Virus record (IMG/VR): IMGVR_UViG_3300023202_000163
Span: 1 to 64,000 of that record
Length of the DNA: 64,000 nt
Direction: 5' to 3' (one strand)
Origin: a virus
Part shown: positions 14,173 through 24,617 of the stretch, piece after piece
Position numbering within the stretch: the first letter of the stretch is position 1
Layout: the number at the start of each line of letters is the position of its first letter
Translations under genes and position numbers: made by a program
The notes under the pieces: model-generated
Databases searched by the model: none
Told to the model about the DNA's origin: nothing
Seen by the model: only the letters and a program-made list of their open reading frames with translations

Positions 14173-17055
14173 CTATAAAATACCTATCGAGGATAAAGTT
14201 TGAATAATATCTCCCGACTGAAAGCTTTGAAGAGGAAAAGTAAATCTGTGTAAGGCTCTGAAGCCAAGGGGTTTTCCACTAAATACACCCACTGAACTAG
14301 TAGCTCGTATGAACGCTACCTTGGCAGGCGTTACAGCATTATCCAGATAATCTCGGAACCTATTTATAGCTTCAGCAAGCATAGGAGCGTGGTCATAATC
14401 GAGTGTTACTGTTTGACCAGAATTATGAACAATTATTCCACCTGCCGTAAATCCGTGGTCTAATAATTTAGGCCCCCCTTCCAGAGAGATATCCACAACA
14501 TTAACTTCTCCGTATGTTTCTATACTTTTTACTGGCATCCATAAAATATTGTGATTTAGGAGAAAATTTACTTTATTCGAAAAGTCTGGATCTGTGTCCT
14601 CAAAGTATTCTTCAGCGCTTTCCCACCATTTTCGTAGACGGGCCTTGGTAACATGTTTCGAATACCAGTCTCCCCCAGAACGGTGCCATGATATTTTAGC
14701 TCGCTTTCTCTCACCTGTGCGCGTTACGTACCATCCTTTGTTACTGGATACTGTTTTGGTTTTTTCTCTAATTGTTTCAATAACAGGAAAAGGAATTATT
14801 TCTCTTTTGGTATAAAATCTATTTGTTTTTAATATTTCTCCGTTTTTGTGAAGAAATCCAATTTTATTTATATATTTAGATAAACTAGTGCCTCTTATAG
14901 TCACCCGGTCACGTCCGTTATCGCGAGATACTATTCCAAATCGCAAAAGCACTGCTTGAAGTTGATTTCTCCACTTCTCTGAATAGCTTGTAAAAATTAT
15001 CTCATTTTTACCTATGCACCCGTCACCATCAAAATGAGCTTTAAGGTATTCCCCAACTGTTTCAAGTGGGGCTTGTAGTATGCACCAAGGTATTTCTTTT
15101 TCTTTTGATTTATAATAGCCCAAGCCTACGGAAGCAAGGAATCGTCTAAGTGTTGCTCCGTGGGCCAGGAGATATCGCATTCTCGTAGAATCCCCACCGA
15201 AGCCTGTATCATAGTCTTTAGAGCTTTCTTTTATTTTTAATTCCCTTCCAGGAAATACATGTTCAAAATCTTTTTTATACTGCTCAAGCATTTTGGCCCC
15301 AACTTCTGTGTCTTTATAGCAGCCGAATAAAATTTCACTATTTGACGAGTGTGCTCCCTCAGAAGTTAAGTATCCAAGTACCCTTGCTAGTTCTGGGGTC
15401 AGTCTATTAGGATACGTCCATTCTTTAGAATTTCTAGAAGAAGGTGTATCTAAATAACTAACATCTTCAAAGTTTATTTCCCAGTATTTATCATCTTCAG
15501 GTGTTGTGTCCAAGGCTATTAAATCACCTATTTCCATATCTCTTAAGGGTTTCCACACACAATCTAGAGATTTTTCATTTAGTGTTAAAAATCCGTGATT
15601 TTTTGTTGCTTTTATGATGTAACCCAGATTAGTTTTTACAGAAAACACCTCAGATTTGTTTTGTTCAATAAATTTAGTTACAGACTTAGATTGACCTAAA
15701 GAATTAACTTGATACTTTATGGTTTGTTTTTCGTTTTCCTCTACTAGTCCATAGGGTTTTAAAATATCCTCAAATTTAGACAAATCCCAAACCCAATGAC
15801 TTGAATTTTGTTCGTCTCTGTTTCTTACTGCTGATAATTTAAATCTAGAGAATAGCTTTCCAAGTTGTTCTGCGCTGAGATCAAAATCAAATTTTTCTAG
15901 TATCTCTGAACAACGAAGATTTTCTTTATTTTCTTTTATCGCATTAAAAATATTTTTTACATCTTCAGTTAATAATTTTTCGCTTGCTAGATATGAAGAT
16001 TTAATTCCTTTCATGTCTTTTATTTTGACTAAACCTCTATTTGTATGAACTAAAGAGTTCTCTTCCAAACAAAAAGCAAAGCCCAAGTCAACTTCGGTCA
16101 AATACTGTGCATTTAGGCCATACCAAGCAGCGCCTAATAATATGAATGAAGTAAATTGTGAGTTTCCTGCGAAAGACATTTGCCAAGATGTAATGGGATG
16201 CGCTAGGTTTATAATATCTAAGCCTCTATCTAAATACTCTATAAGATCAGAATCTTCGTAAGCCTGAACCCTACCGCGCTGTTTCTGAAATTTATCTATT
16301 AACTGTCTTAATTGTACAGTCATATTTAAAATTTGGCCGTCTACTGTGCGTATCAGCGTAAATTGCTTTTCCTCAGCAGCGGCTATATTTTGTCTAATAG
16401 TCCAAAGGGCAATGTATTGGCAATTTGGTGCCTTCAGAGCGCCCTCTGGAATGTCATAAAAATATATAAAGCTGTCTCCATTAGGAACTTCTTGTATTTG
16501 GCCGTTCGATAAGGTTACTTCTGTAGTAGTGCCCTGTGGTCCTATGGGCACGTAGCCGTTTTTACTGGCCGTATTTCCAAGTATTACCTGTAGCTTCAAA
16601 GAACCAAAATTATCTAGGTCTATTCGTTCCGTACACCTAATCATTGCTCGAAATTCACACCCCGCTAGTGATATATGACATTGGCTTCTATCTTCTGTCG
16701 CTGTTACTACTACATCCTGCACATCAAATTCGTGCGTAATTTCAGCTTGTTCGTTTACATTGGTGACGATAAACGCTGTGAATTGGTAGCGATTATTTGG
16801 GTTAGATAAGGTTGCATCGCTAGGTACGGTCCAGTTTGTAGAGTATTCTCCAACACCCCCGTCTGATTGCAGAACACCAGACTGAACAGTCACTCCGTTA
16901 GGGTCTTTTATTTCGTAAGAGGGATATCTAAGAGGGTCTTTAGGAATAAGAGGAATAGTTTTAGATCCATCTGTAAAAAAACCTATTCTGAATGTTTGAC
17001 TAGTTCCTCGTGTAAGGAGCCTAGGTATGTCGTCGGATTCTGTTAAAAACGCCAC
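14173..17055 (-). CDS. Putative head-tail adaptor (neck) protein containing one intein
   Basis: Exteins of 328 and 82 aa; YEDSDLIEYLDRGLDIIN...F/SGQTVTLD resembles jumbo-phage neck proteins (from memory). Confidence 0.6.
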   Translation of the reverse strand: MAFLTESDDIPRLLTRGTSQTFRIGFFTDGSKTIPLIPKDPLRYPSYEIKDPNGVTVQSGVLQSDGGVGEYSTNWTVPSDATLSNPNNRYQFTAFIVTNVNEQAEITHEFDVQDVVVTATEDRSQCHISLAGCEFRAMIRCTERIDLDNFGSLKLQVILGNTASKNGYVPIGPQGTTTEVTLSNGQIQEVPNGDSFIYFYDIPEGALKAPNCQYIALWTIRQNIAAAEEKQFTLIRTVDGQILNMTVQLRQLIDKFQKQRGRVQAYEDSDLIEYLDRGLDIINLAHPITSWQMSFAGNSQFTSFILLGAAWYGLNAQYLTEVDLGFAFCLEENSLVHTNRGLVKIKDMKGIKSSYLASEKLLTEDVKNIFNAIKENKENLRCSEILEKFDFDLSAEQLGKLFSRFKLSAVRNRDEQNSSHWVWDLSKFEDILKPYGLVEENEKQTIKYQVNSLGQSKSVTKFIEQNKSEVFSVKTNLGYIIKATKNHGFLTLNEKSLDCVWKPLRDMEIGDLIALDTTPEDDKYWEINFEDVSYLDTPSSRNSKEWTYPNRLTPELARVLGYLTSEGAHSSNSEILFGCYKDTEVGAKMLEQYKKDFEHVFPGRELKIKESSKDYDTGFGGDSTRMRYLLAHGATLRRFLASVGLGYYKSKEKEIPWCILQAPLETVGEYLKAHFDGDGCIGKNEIIFTSYSEKWRNQLQAVLLRFGIVSRDNGRDRVTIRGTSLSKYINKIGFLHKNGEILKTNRFYTKREIIPFPVIETIREKTKTVSSNKGWYVTRTGERKRAKISWHRSGGDWYSKHVTKARLRKWWESAEEYFEDTDPDFSNKVNFLLNHNILWMPVKSIETYGEVNVVDISLEGGPKLLDHGFTAGGIIVHNSGQTVTLDYDHAPMLAEAINRFRDYLDNAVTPAKVAFIRATSSVGVFSGKPLGFRALHRFTFPLQSFQSGDIIQTLSSIGIL
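14422..16071 (-). mobile_element. Intein (550 aa) with LAGLIDADG endonuclease
   Basis: F/CLEENSLV, block B ATKNH, LGYLTSEG and HFDGDG, IVHN/S. Confidence 0.95.
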
Positions 17056-17730
17056 TTATAACTCCTTGGGGACTGAACGTGAAGCAAGGTATGTACTCTC
17101 TGGAATAAAAACTATTCCAATTTTATTGTGGTCAGTAAATACCCTGTGTCTTAATTTATCTTTATTTTTTATTGCCACAGAAACATCGTTTTTCATAGAA
17201 TTTAAAAGTCTATCGGAAAAGCCCTGAAATATCCCACCTCTAAAATCTACATCGTGGGGGAAATCTTCTGCTTGTACAGTTATAGTGATAGTATCCCCCC
17301 ATGCATCTACGTCTCCGTATTTGCCTTTTAATTTATTTAAATTAGTTTTAATAGCCAATCCTTCCAATTCGAAATAAGGCAATAAACTAAACGCCATAAA
17401 CTTTTTTACTACTTCCGCTGCATAGTTTATGGATGGCATAGGATATACATTTAATTCACAAGCGGGTATTTTATGTCTTGTTATAGTAAAACCTATATCT
17501 TGGTTACCGCGTTCATCTAATTTATAAACGATTGCTACCCATAAATCAGTTTTCATACTTACAAGATTTTTTAGATCTTGCATATGGATGTAAAACGCAG
17601 AACACAGCACATAGTCCATATCCACGCCTTGGTCTGATTCGTAGGAAACATTCATAGGAACTCTGGCCTCAGACATAAGTGTATGGGCCAGAGTAATTCC
17701 TATGCGTTGTACCACATGAGCGGCATCCAT
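17056..17730 (-). CDS. Hypothetical virion-module protein
   Basis: 224-aa ORF contiguous with its neighbours. Confidence 0.7.
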   Translation of the reverse strand: MDAAHVVQRIGITLAHTLMSEARVPMNVSYESDQGVDMDYVLCSAFYIHMQDLKNLVSMKTDLWVAIVYKLDERGNQDIGFTITRHKIPACELNVYPMPSINYAAEVVKKFMAFSLLPYFELEGLAIKTNLNKLKGKYGDVDAWGDTITITVQAEDFPHDVDFRGGIFQGFSDRLLNSMKNDVSVAIKNKDKLRHRVFTDHNKIGIVFIPESTYLASRSVPKEL

Positions 17731-17748
17731 AAACCCAGTCTCCTAGGG

Positions 17749-18870
17749 TTAAGGATTGTTACGAATTAAATCAGATAGCAGGTCTGGATGAAGCACCACA
17801 GCTACAGGGTTTGTATCGTTTATGGAATTTAGAATTCTAACAACACCAAACTGGAAAGTCCCGTATCGGATATTCGTTAGGCGATCTATTGAGGCTGCAT
17901 CAAGCTCCACCAGCTCGCTACCTGTGGGGGAAACCGAAGCACTGCCCAGAGTGGCTCCGGTAGCTCCCTCTACGGCGAAGCCTAGCACAGTATTTTCTTC
18001 GGTAACGTCTATTGTACCTCCAAGATCTTGGGAGCGTAGTACAACCTGAGATCCTTTTTGGGCTAAGGCCTGTCTTTTAGCTTTGTCTTGGATTATTTGA
18101 GAGTTACCTACAAGCAGGGCCCTGTCCGTTGACAACACACCGCCTACAAATTCTAATGTAGCTCCACCTAACCCGTCTACGTTAACTCCGAGATCCTCGT
18201 CTGTAGCAAAATCAAAACTTTCTCCTGTTACCCCCACTAGCATAGCTTCAGATCTTACATCAATGAGGTCTGGTAGATTAAGATTTACACCGTGTACCTC
18301 TCCTGTAGCACCTCCTCCTCCGATTCTATCATTGTTCAGTGCTCGAACATCAAAATTCTGAGTCTCTGCTACAATTTCTTGAGTAATATCGCGAACAGCA
18401 AAAAGACTTCCATCTGCCCTCAGTTTCGCGGCTCGTCCTACTAGTCCTCGACCTGCATTTTTCGTCTGTTGTGAATTGTTTACCCCAGCAACAAAGTCGA
18501 TAAGATCGAAAGGTTCTTTGGCGAAACCGTTTACATCTATATCTGTATACTTTCTACTAGGGGGAGTGGAGAATGCAGCTTCAGCCCCTGCGTAGTTTGC
18601 AATTAAGCTCGAATATCTTGCGTAACTTATTAATTTAGCTACTGGATTGGAAGTTGTTATACCGATGTTAGATACCTTAGTGGAATTACCTCCACCTGTT
18701 CTTCTTCTTTTTATGTCTACGCCAGCACCATTAGCTAGAGAAGCGAAGGGTTCTCTATTTTCTTGGATATCTTTGAGAATTTTTGGCAAACGAGATTTTC
18801 CGTTTGCGTAGCCTTCGTAAATTTCTTCATAAGTAAGGTCTGTTCTAGCGTTTAAAGTCTTGAATCCCAT
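17749..18870 (-). CDS. Putative structural protein
   Basis: 373 aa, Gly/Ala/Val-rich, located in the neck operon. Confidence 0.6.
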   Translation of the reverse strand: MGFKTLNARTDLTYEEIYEGYANGKSRLPKILKDIQENREPFASLANGAGVDIKRRRTGGGNSTKVSNIGITTSNPVAKLISYARYSSLIANYAGAEAAFSTPPSRKYTDIDVNGFAKEPFDLIDFVAGVNNSQQTKNAGRGLVGRAAKLRADGSLFAVRDITQEIVAETQNFDVRALNNDRIGGGGATGEVHGVNLNLPDLIDVRSEAMLVGVTGESFDFATDEDLGVNVDGLGGATLEFVGGVLSTDRALLVGNSQIIQDKAKRQALAQKGSQVVLRSQDLGGTIDVTEENTVLGFAVEGATGATLGSASVSPTGSELVELDAASIDRLTNIRYGTFQFGVVRILNSINDTNPVAVVLHPDLLSDLIRNNP

Positions 18871-19002
18871 TTTTTCCCCCAGAACGCATCTGGACCATCG
18901 CCAGCAGCGTCGTTCTGAATTTAAACTAAAAATATACAGATAATTTCTGTATTAATTTTAATTTTTCCCATTAATTGGGTATGCTAATATATAAGACATA
19001 CA

Positions 19003-21246
19003 TTAACTTCCACCGATTGGCACCCTAACATAGGGCTCAAAGGTCTGAACCAGCCTTAAACTAACGTCGTGGCTTGTTAATATATCCAAAGGCCTATTAG
19101 GGCTAGAGTCTACCACTTTCCATAATTCTTGGTCCCTGCATCTAAATACAAAATCTTCAACTCCTACTTTCTGAACAGTGCTGTCAAAATAGGCAGTAAT
19201 AGTTTGAAAACTATCATAAATTCCGAATTCGGCTAGAGTGATACTTTCTCTATCTCTGGGTATGTCTACTCTTACTTTCAAATCTTCTATAAGCTTGGCC
19301 CTCATAAAAAAATGTGATAATATAGGATTAGCGTCACTTAATGTCCTTCTATTAAACTCTATTCTAATTGTTAATTTTTGGTAACTTATTCTAGAATTTA
19401 AAGAATCGTAAGTAATAGGCACAAAATCAATTTCTGAGGGAGTTTTCACAAAAGCCCTAATGCTGTTGTTTTGGGTAAGGCTGGTAGTTCTAGTAATTAA
19501 ATTAAAAGTGTCTACAATTCCTGTAGATTGGCGTATTTCTATATCTGTGTCTATAAATCCATAAGTAGCGTTATTTTCTAGGCCTAGTAGAACGGGTCTG
19601 GTTTGTAGTTCGAATAGTGGCCTAACATTCAATGTTCGTAGACCTGGGTGAGTTACATCTATTGTGTGGTCTACTGTGCCAAATTTTGTGTATCCGCCCA
19701 CTATTCCTGTTCCGTGACAATTGTGAGTAACAATTCCGTTCACTACGTATGTATGGTCCCCCTCTACTTCTAAATTATATACAGGACCGCAGTAGTCTAC
19801 AAAACCTACATCTTTGATTCTAGTTAGGACTTCCTTATTTTTGAAGAACCATCCATTTTTTCTGTTTTTATGTTTTAATGTGTCTTCGGCCCAACTAATA
19901 CAATATGCTAATTTTCTTTTGTTTCCTTTAGGAGTCAACTTATTAGAAATCTGTTGACGAACCAATGGTTGCTCCCCAAGTCTATGTAATATTTCCGCTA
20001 ATTGCAAAGCAAGTATTTCTGATGTTTGTGTTATTTCATTACTACTTTTTGAACCATCCCCGTCAAATACTCCCAATAATATGTGTCTTAATTTTTTAAC
20101 AGGAAGACGCATTAATTCTTCTGGGATTTTTTTTATGTGACAATATTTACCCAACCAATCTGGAAACCATTGGGCTAGCGTGGTGCTTCTTACGCAGACA
20201 TCTATTCCATTGTCTGAAGACTTTTTTATTACAGGATTATATCCATGTTTAGAGAAAAAATTTATTAAGCGTTGTTGAAATTCTTTTTCTTTTCTATGTA
20301 GAGAGAAAAATATTTCCCGATTTCCTGCACTACCTTCTGCCAAGTACATTCCCAACATCCACAAGAAATCAACACTCATCCCAAATTGATTAGGTCCAAA
20401 TCTTTCTTTACTATATTCAGTTTGTTTAGTGTATTTTACAGGTATAGAAATTTCTTTTAGATCTTCTTCTTTTAAGGGCCATTTAGCCGTAAGCCAATCT
20501 TTTTCTTCTAGTTCCTTGGCTTCTTTCCAAATTAGCTCATGACCTAATTTTATGTTTTCTATTTTATATTTGTTTACAGCCTCTATAGCTTCTTCTCTTG
20601 TGTCGAAAGTACCAATAGCTTTTCGATTTTTTCCGTAAATTTGCGCACGAGCATGCCATCTACCGCTTTTTATTTGATGAACGTCTAAATTTCTTGAATT
20701 TCCGTCCCCCATATTTATATACTTATCACATTTGGGGCCGCACCCAGTACTTACCTTACGTTGACCACGCATGACCAAAAAAGGATGATCTGGTGTTGTA
20801 AAAATAGGTTTAGTTGAGACATGAGAGTATATTTTAATTAGTTCTCCCGTATAGGATGTTTTAAAGGTATTTGTAACTTTGTGAAATTTACCGTCAGAGG
20901 ATAAAACATTATCTCCAATTTTTATATTTTCTATCGGTATATATCCATTTTCTGCTCGTACTAAAGTTCCAGGTATGAAACAAATTTGACATTGGCCGTC
21001 AGGGGAGGACTCTACTAAAAAACAGGAGCATCTTCTTCCGTTGGTTTTTCTTTGAAAAAATAGAGTATCTACGCGATCTACAGAAAGGGCATCTCTCGCC
21101 CGGGATTGTATTCTAGGAACTAAATCCCGCAGGGCAATTTCGTGAGGAAAGTCTTCTTTGTGTTGAGTCTTATCAAAAACCCAATTATCTCGGTTTACCT
21201 GCTTAGAGGCTGTTCCTCTAACATTGTTTGCTTTTCTCAGAGACAC
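19003..21246 (-). CDS. Putative head-closure/neck protein with Zn finger, containing one intein
   Basis: Spliced sequence reads RCSC...CQI|CHGTGIVGGY, a motif recalled from large-phage neck proteins. Confidence 0.65.
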   Translation of the reverse strand: MSLRKANNVRGTASKQVNRDNWVFDKTQHKEDFPHEIALRDLVPRIQSRARDALSVDRVDTLFFQRKTNGRRCSCFLVESSPDGQCQICFIPGTLVRAENGYIPIENIKIGDNVLSSDGKFHKVTNTFKTSYTGELIKIYSHVSTKPIFTTPDHPFLVMRGQRKVSTGCGPKCDKYINMGDGNSRNLDVHQIKSGRWHARAQIYGKNRKAIGTFDTREEAIEAVNKYKIENIKLGHELIWKEAKELEEKDWLTAKWPLKEEDLKEISIPVKYTKQTEYSKERFGPNQFGMSVDFLWMLGMYLAEGSAGNREIFFSLHRKEKEFQQRLINFFSKHGYNPVIKKSSDNGIDVCVRSTTLAQWFPDWLGKYCHIKKIPEELMRLPVKKLRHILLGVFDGDGSKSSNEITQTSEILALQLAEILHRLGEQPLVRQQISNKLTPKGNKRKLAYCISWAEDTLKHKNRKNGWFFKNKEVLTRIKDVGFVDYCGPVYNLEVEGDHTYVVNGIVTHNCHGTGIVGGYTKFGTVDHTIDVTHPGLRTLNVRPLFELQTRPVLLGLENNATYGFIDTDIEIRQSTGIVDTFNLITRTTSLTQNNSIRAFVKTPSEIDFVPITYDSLNSRISYQKLTIRIEFNRRTLSDANPILSHFFMRAKLIEDLKVRVDIPRDRESITLAEFGIYDSFQTITAYFDSTVQKVGVEDFVFRCRDQELWKVVDSSPNRPLDILTSHDVSLRLVQTFEPYVRVPIGGS
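19720..20982 (-). mobile_element. Intein (421 aa) with LAGLIDADG endonuclease and AP2-like insert
   Basis: I/CFIPGTLV, TPDHPF, LGMYLAEG, VFDGDG, VYNLEV, VTHN/C. Confidence 0.95.
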
Positions 21247-21320
21247 AGTAACCCCTATATTTCTTTTCTCTATAAATATATATAAGTATATACATTATCT
21301 TTATCCTATGGAGGTGTAGT

Positions 21321-21716
21321 TTGCCTAAAAATGCTACATATTTTGAAAACGAAGATGATGAACCTAGAAATAAGGACCATAGTCCTACACCTAACGAGTG
21401 GTTTGGTTCGGATAGAAAAAAATTTCGTAAAAAATCTTCTTCTCCTACTTTCTCTACAGAAATGAGAGAGTACGATAGAAGCTCCGACTGGCGGGATTGG
21501 TTTCAGGGACATAAAAGAGAACCTTTGTGGAATCCTCTCCTGCCGTCTGAAAAAAAGAACGAAGCTATAAAGTTTAGAGATGAAAAGAATGATTCCAGAG
21601 GTCTAATATTTGTTCTGGAAAACGCAGCGGAGTTGTTCGAAGAGGCCGGGCATATAGATTTAGCTGCTGAATGTGAAAGAATATGCGAAAAAATTTACGA
21701 AGAAGAGAAATCATGA
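21321..21716 (+). CDS. Hypothetical protein
   Basis: GGAGG RBS, TTG start, 131 aa. Confidence 0.65.
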   Translation: MPKNATYFENEDDEPRNKDHSPTPNEWFGSDRKKFRKKSSSPTFSTEMREYDRSSDWRDWFQGHKREPLWNPLLPSEKKNEAIKFRDEKNDSRGLIFVLENAAELFEEAGHIDLAAECERICEKIYEEEKS

Positions 21717-22057
21717 ATAAATTTATATTTACTTTATTAATTTTTTTATTTTCTTGCGCTAGTTATAACCCTGAAGCCATAGAGGCACTTTCGTCTAAGC
21801 AAAAAAGTTTATCTAATATAAACAAGGAACTTTGTCAAGACTTTTATGAAGGAGCGGAGGCCTTTAAGTCAGGGCCCGAGAAAGCTTGGCCCTTTTTAGG
21901 AAGAGCTAGAGAAATAGATGATATGTATGTAATTATGAAAAAACAAGGAGCAGCTTGTTTTGAAGTCGAATCTAGGGATCTAAGTAGTGAATTGGAAAAT
22001 CGTGCCTTGGAGGCTTTTAAGCTTACGTGGGAAGAAGCGTTAAGGATAGTGCAATGA
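21713..22057 (+). CDS. Putative lipoprotein
   Basis: ATGA-coupled start; MNKFIFTLLIFLFSC lipobox. Confidence 0.7.
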   Translation: MNKFIFTLLIFLFSCASYNPEAIEALSSKQKSLSNINKELCQDFYEGAEAFKSGPEKAWPFLGRAREIDDMYVIMKKQGAACFEVESRDLSSELENRALEAFKLTWEEALRIVQ

Positions 22058-22557
22058 AATTTATAAACTGGCTTTTAGAAATAATAAAAACCTTAATAGC
22101 TTACTTTTCTGTGAAGAATAGAAGTAAAGATGAAATTGTGTCAGATTTTACTGAATTCCTGGGAAACAAAACTGTAGGCTTAGATGGGGTGGAAAAAGCT
22201 TTAGCGGATGCAGGTATAGAGTTAGGGAGTGCTGTGTTAGGAGAAGCGCTAGGTTTTGCTAAAAAACACAAAACTTCTTTATTTTCTATGACTAAGGAAG
22301 AAATGAGTTTTGTTTGGGGCAAAATATTTAAAAGAGAAGGAAATTTTGACGAAGCTATCTATAAAGATTTGTTAAAATCTCTAGATGACGAGGCGTTAGT
22401 GGCAGAAATTGAAGCTAATGCTGCGGACGCAAATAAAATTAAAATAAGGGTTCAAGATAAGAAAGAAATGTTAAAGGATCTAAAGGAAAATCTCTCTACT
22501 TTAGCAAGATTTGCTTTGGCGAAAGCCATTAGTGTTGCGTCTCACGGAATTCTTTAA
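22054..22557 (+). CDS. Hypothetical helical protein
   Basis: ATGA-coupled to the lipoprotein gene; amphipathic N-terminus and coiled-coil-like C-terminus. Confidence 0.65.
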   Translation: MKFINWLLEIIKTLIAYFSVKNRSKDEIVSDFTEFLGNKTVGLDGVEKALADAGIELGSAVLGEALGFAKKHKTSLFSMTKEEMSFVWGKIFKREGNFDEAIYKDLLKSLDDEALVAEIEANAADANKIKIRVQDKKEMLKDLKENLSTLARFALAKAISVASHGIL

Positions 22558-23081
22558 TTATTTTTTGGTGCCTTTCCTGCGTGCGGGTATTTTCTTAGTC
22601 TTCTAACTCTTTTTAATATCTTACCTTTTTGATCCAATTCATTCTCTAGACAATAAACAGCCAAAGCTGTTGCGTCAGCTTCGTGTACTGATAAATGAGG
22701 AAAATGACTTTTCATGCTGTCTACAGCTCCGTATCTAGAGTTTATATAATTTTTCCACTGAGCACTTGTTACTAAATGCGTAGGCACTCCTTTAGACGCA
22801 TTTATAGTAGTTATAACCCCCAACATGATATTGATATATTCCCCGACAGCCCCTTGCTGAACTCCGGGTCTTGCCATAAATCTTTCGGCGATCACGCAGT
22901 CTGGATCTATTTTTGTTAAAAAATTAAAATAATTTTTTCTAAATGCTTCAGATTCCTTATTAAAATCATCCCACTTTAGAGATTTAATTGGCTCTATATA
23001 ACAAGTTTCCAGTATTTTGGCGTCCTCCATAACGGCGGCGGCAAAATTATTTTTACCTGGATCAAGTGCAATAATTTTCAT
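22554..23081 (-). CDS. RuvC-like Holliday junction resolvase
   Basis: IIALDPG, VIAERF, AQWK, HEADA acidic motifs. Confidence 0.8.
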   Translation of the reverse strand: MKIIALDPGKNNFAAAVMEDAKILETCYIEPIKSLKWDDFNKESEAFRKNYFNFLTKIDPDCVIAERFMARPGVQQGAVGEYINIMLGVITTINASKGVPTHLVTSAQWKNYINSRYGAVDSMKSHFPHLSVHEADATALAVYCLENELDQKGKILKRVRRLRKYPHAGKAPKNN

Positions 23082-23137
23082 GTGAGTCCGATACACTAAA
23101 GTTTAACGTAAGCTTTCATTTAAAGATAAGAGGAAGT

Positions 23138-23734
23138 ATGTCAAAAAAATCAAACAATTCCGATATATTAGACCTTTTGCACAGAACTTCGAACATGACG
23201 CCCTCTGAGGTACAAAAAACTATAGATAGTTTAGCGGACATGGGAATAGAGCCCCTGGACGAGACTTTAACACGCCCCGGAATAACTTGCCCATTTACTG
23301 ATACACAGCTTGTAGTACCCTGCTCTATGGAGAAATGTTCCTTTTATATAAAAAATGTGTGGTCTAAAAACTGTCTTTTACAGTATATGGACAATCAGAA
23401 CGCAGATTCGCTTTCTGTCGAAGAAATTGCATTTTTATACGAAACTAATACAAAAACTGTGGAAAACTCTATAAAAAATTCTATGGAACATCTAAAGGAA
23501 GGGTCAGAGGAATCCTTGGGGATCTCAGGAGATTTTGTAAAAAAAGAAAAAATAACATTTAAAATTAATACATCTTTTAAAGAGACAGAAATTAATTCCC
23601 ATGCCTTATCTCCTCCTTTTATAGAAAACTTAAATAGTCGGCTAATTAGAATAATTCCAGACGAAGAGGTTGTAAAGCACCCCGCAGCTCGATTCTTAGC
23701 GGCTTTGGATGTAATTATATCGGAACTTGAGTAA
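23138..23734 (+). CDS. Hypothetical protein (Cys cluster, HTH-like segment)
   Basis: CPF..PC..C..NC followed by LSVEEIAFL. Confidence 0.65.
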   Translation: MSKKSNNSDILDLLHRTSNMTPSEVQKTIDSLADMGIEPLDETLTRPGITCPFTDTQLVVPCSMEKCSFYIKNVWSKNCLLQYMDNQNADSLSVEEIAFLYETNTKTVENSIKNSMEHLKEGSEESLGISGDFVKKEKITFKINTSFKETEINSHALSPPFIENLNSRLIRIIPDEEVVKHPAARFLAALDVIISELE

Positions 23735-23790
23735 AATTTAGGTATTATATACATATAGGACTAACGCTATCCGCGCGGGAGAAATATACT

Positions 23791-24594
23791 ATGAGTTCAA
23801 TTCCAGAATCTAGCCAAAGCCGAGAACATCGCATGTTAGCAAGACTGCGAGGTAAGATGCAAAGTAAAGTAGGCCACCGTGCTGATCTATACCTTGGAGA
23901 CTACAGAGCTATAAATAACGCAACGGCTCAGTTACTTATAGGCTACGACAGCCGTTTTGGATCCCCCTCAGGAAACGACCTTTCCGAGTTTATGGTTAAA
24001 AGCTTCTCCGGGCAGGTGGTTCCACAAATGGCTACAGCAAAAGTTCACAAAGATATAGAAGCTGTCTCTATCGTAGCAGAACTGTACAGACCGACTAGAA
24101 GACTCGAAGATTCCAGATCTATGGTCACCATAGCCTCTACTTTGTACGTAGATAGCGATATGGGGGAAACCTGGGAAGTAATGGGCGATGAAGATACAAA
24201 ATATTTAGCTCGTGTAATGAAAGACGATATTTCTGCTATCTTACAAGAAAGAAGAAATAGAATGCAATCTCAATTTTCTGGAAAAGTTACACTGGCTAAT
24301 GCTCTATCCGCAGGTATAAATCAAGTAGATCAAGGTGCGTTGGTTCGTTTTTACTGGAATGGTAATATTCTTCAAGGAGAAGTAACTCAGGTCCAAGAGC
24401 ATGGCGTTAAAATTAATGCTGACGATGGGGGTTCTTTTACCGTACCTAGAGAATCTGTTACTGAGGTTTTGCGTTACGGGGATAAAACCGAAAGTAATTT
24501 AAAAAATACCCTAAGCCAATATTTTGCAGATGCCTACGGATTTGAAGATTACGGCCAACAAATTGCGAGAGATTTAAACGGAAAGTTTAGATAA
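23791..24594 (+). CDS. Hypothetical virion-module protein
   Basis: 267 aa, GGAG RBS. Confidence 0.7.
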   Translation: MSSIPESSQSREHRMLARLRGKMQSKVGHRADLYLGDYRAINNATAQLLIGYDSRFGSPSGNDLSEFMVKSFSGQVVPQMATAKVHKDIEAVSIVAELYRPTRRLEDSRSMVTIASTLYVDSDMGETWEVMGDEDTKYLARVMKDDISAILQERRNRMQSQFSGKVTLANALSAGINQVDQGALVRFYWNGNILQGEVTQVQEHGVKINADDGGSFTVPRESVTEVLRYGDKTESNLKNTLSQYFADAYGFEDYGQQIARDLNGKFR

Positions 24595-24617
24595 AACTAC
24601 GTTGGGAAGTATTAAAC

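Noticed and set aside
21713-22557. Spanin pair
   Set aside because: The lipoprotein precedes the partner, the partner lacks a clear transmembrane anchor, and both are far from the endolysin; support is insufficient.
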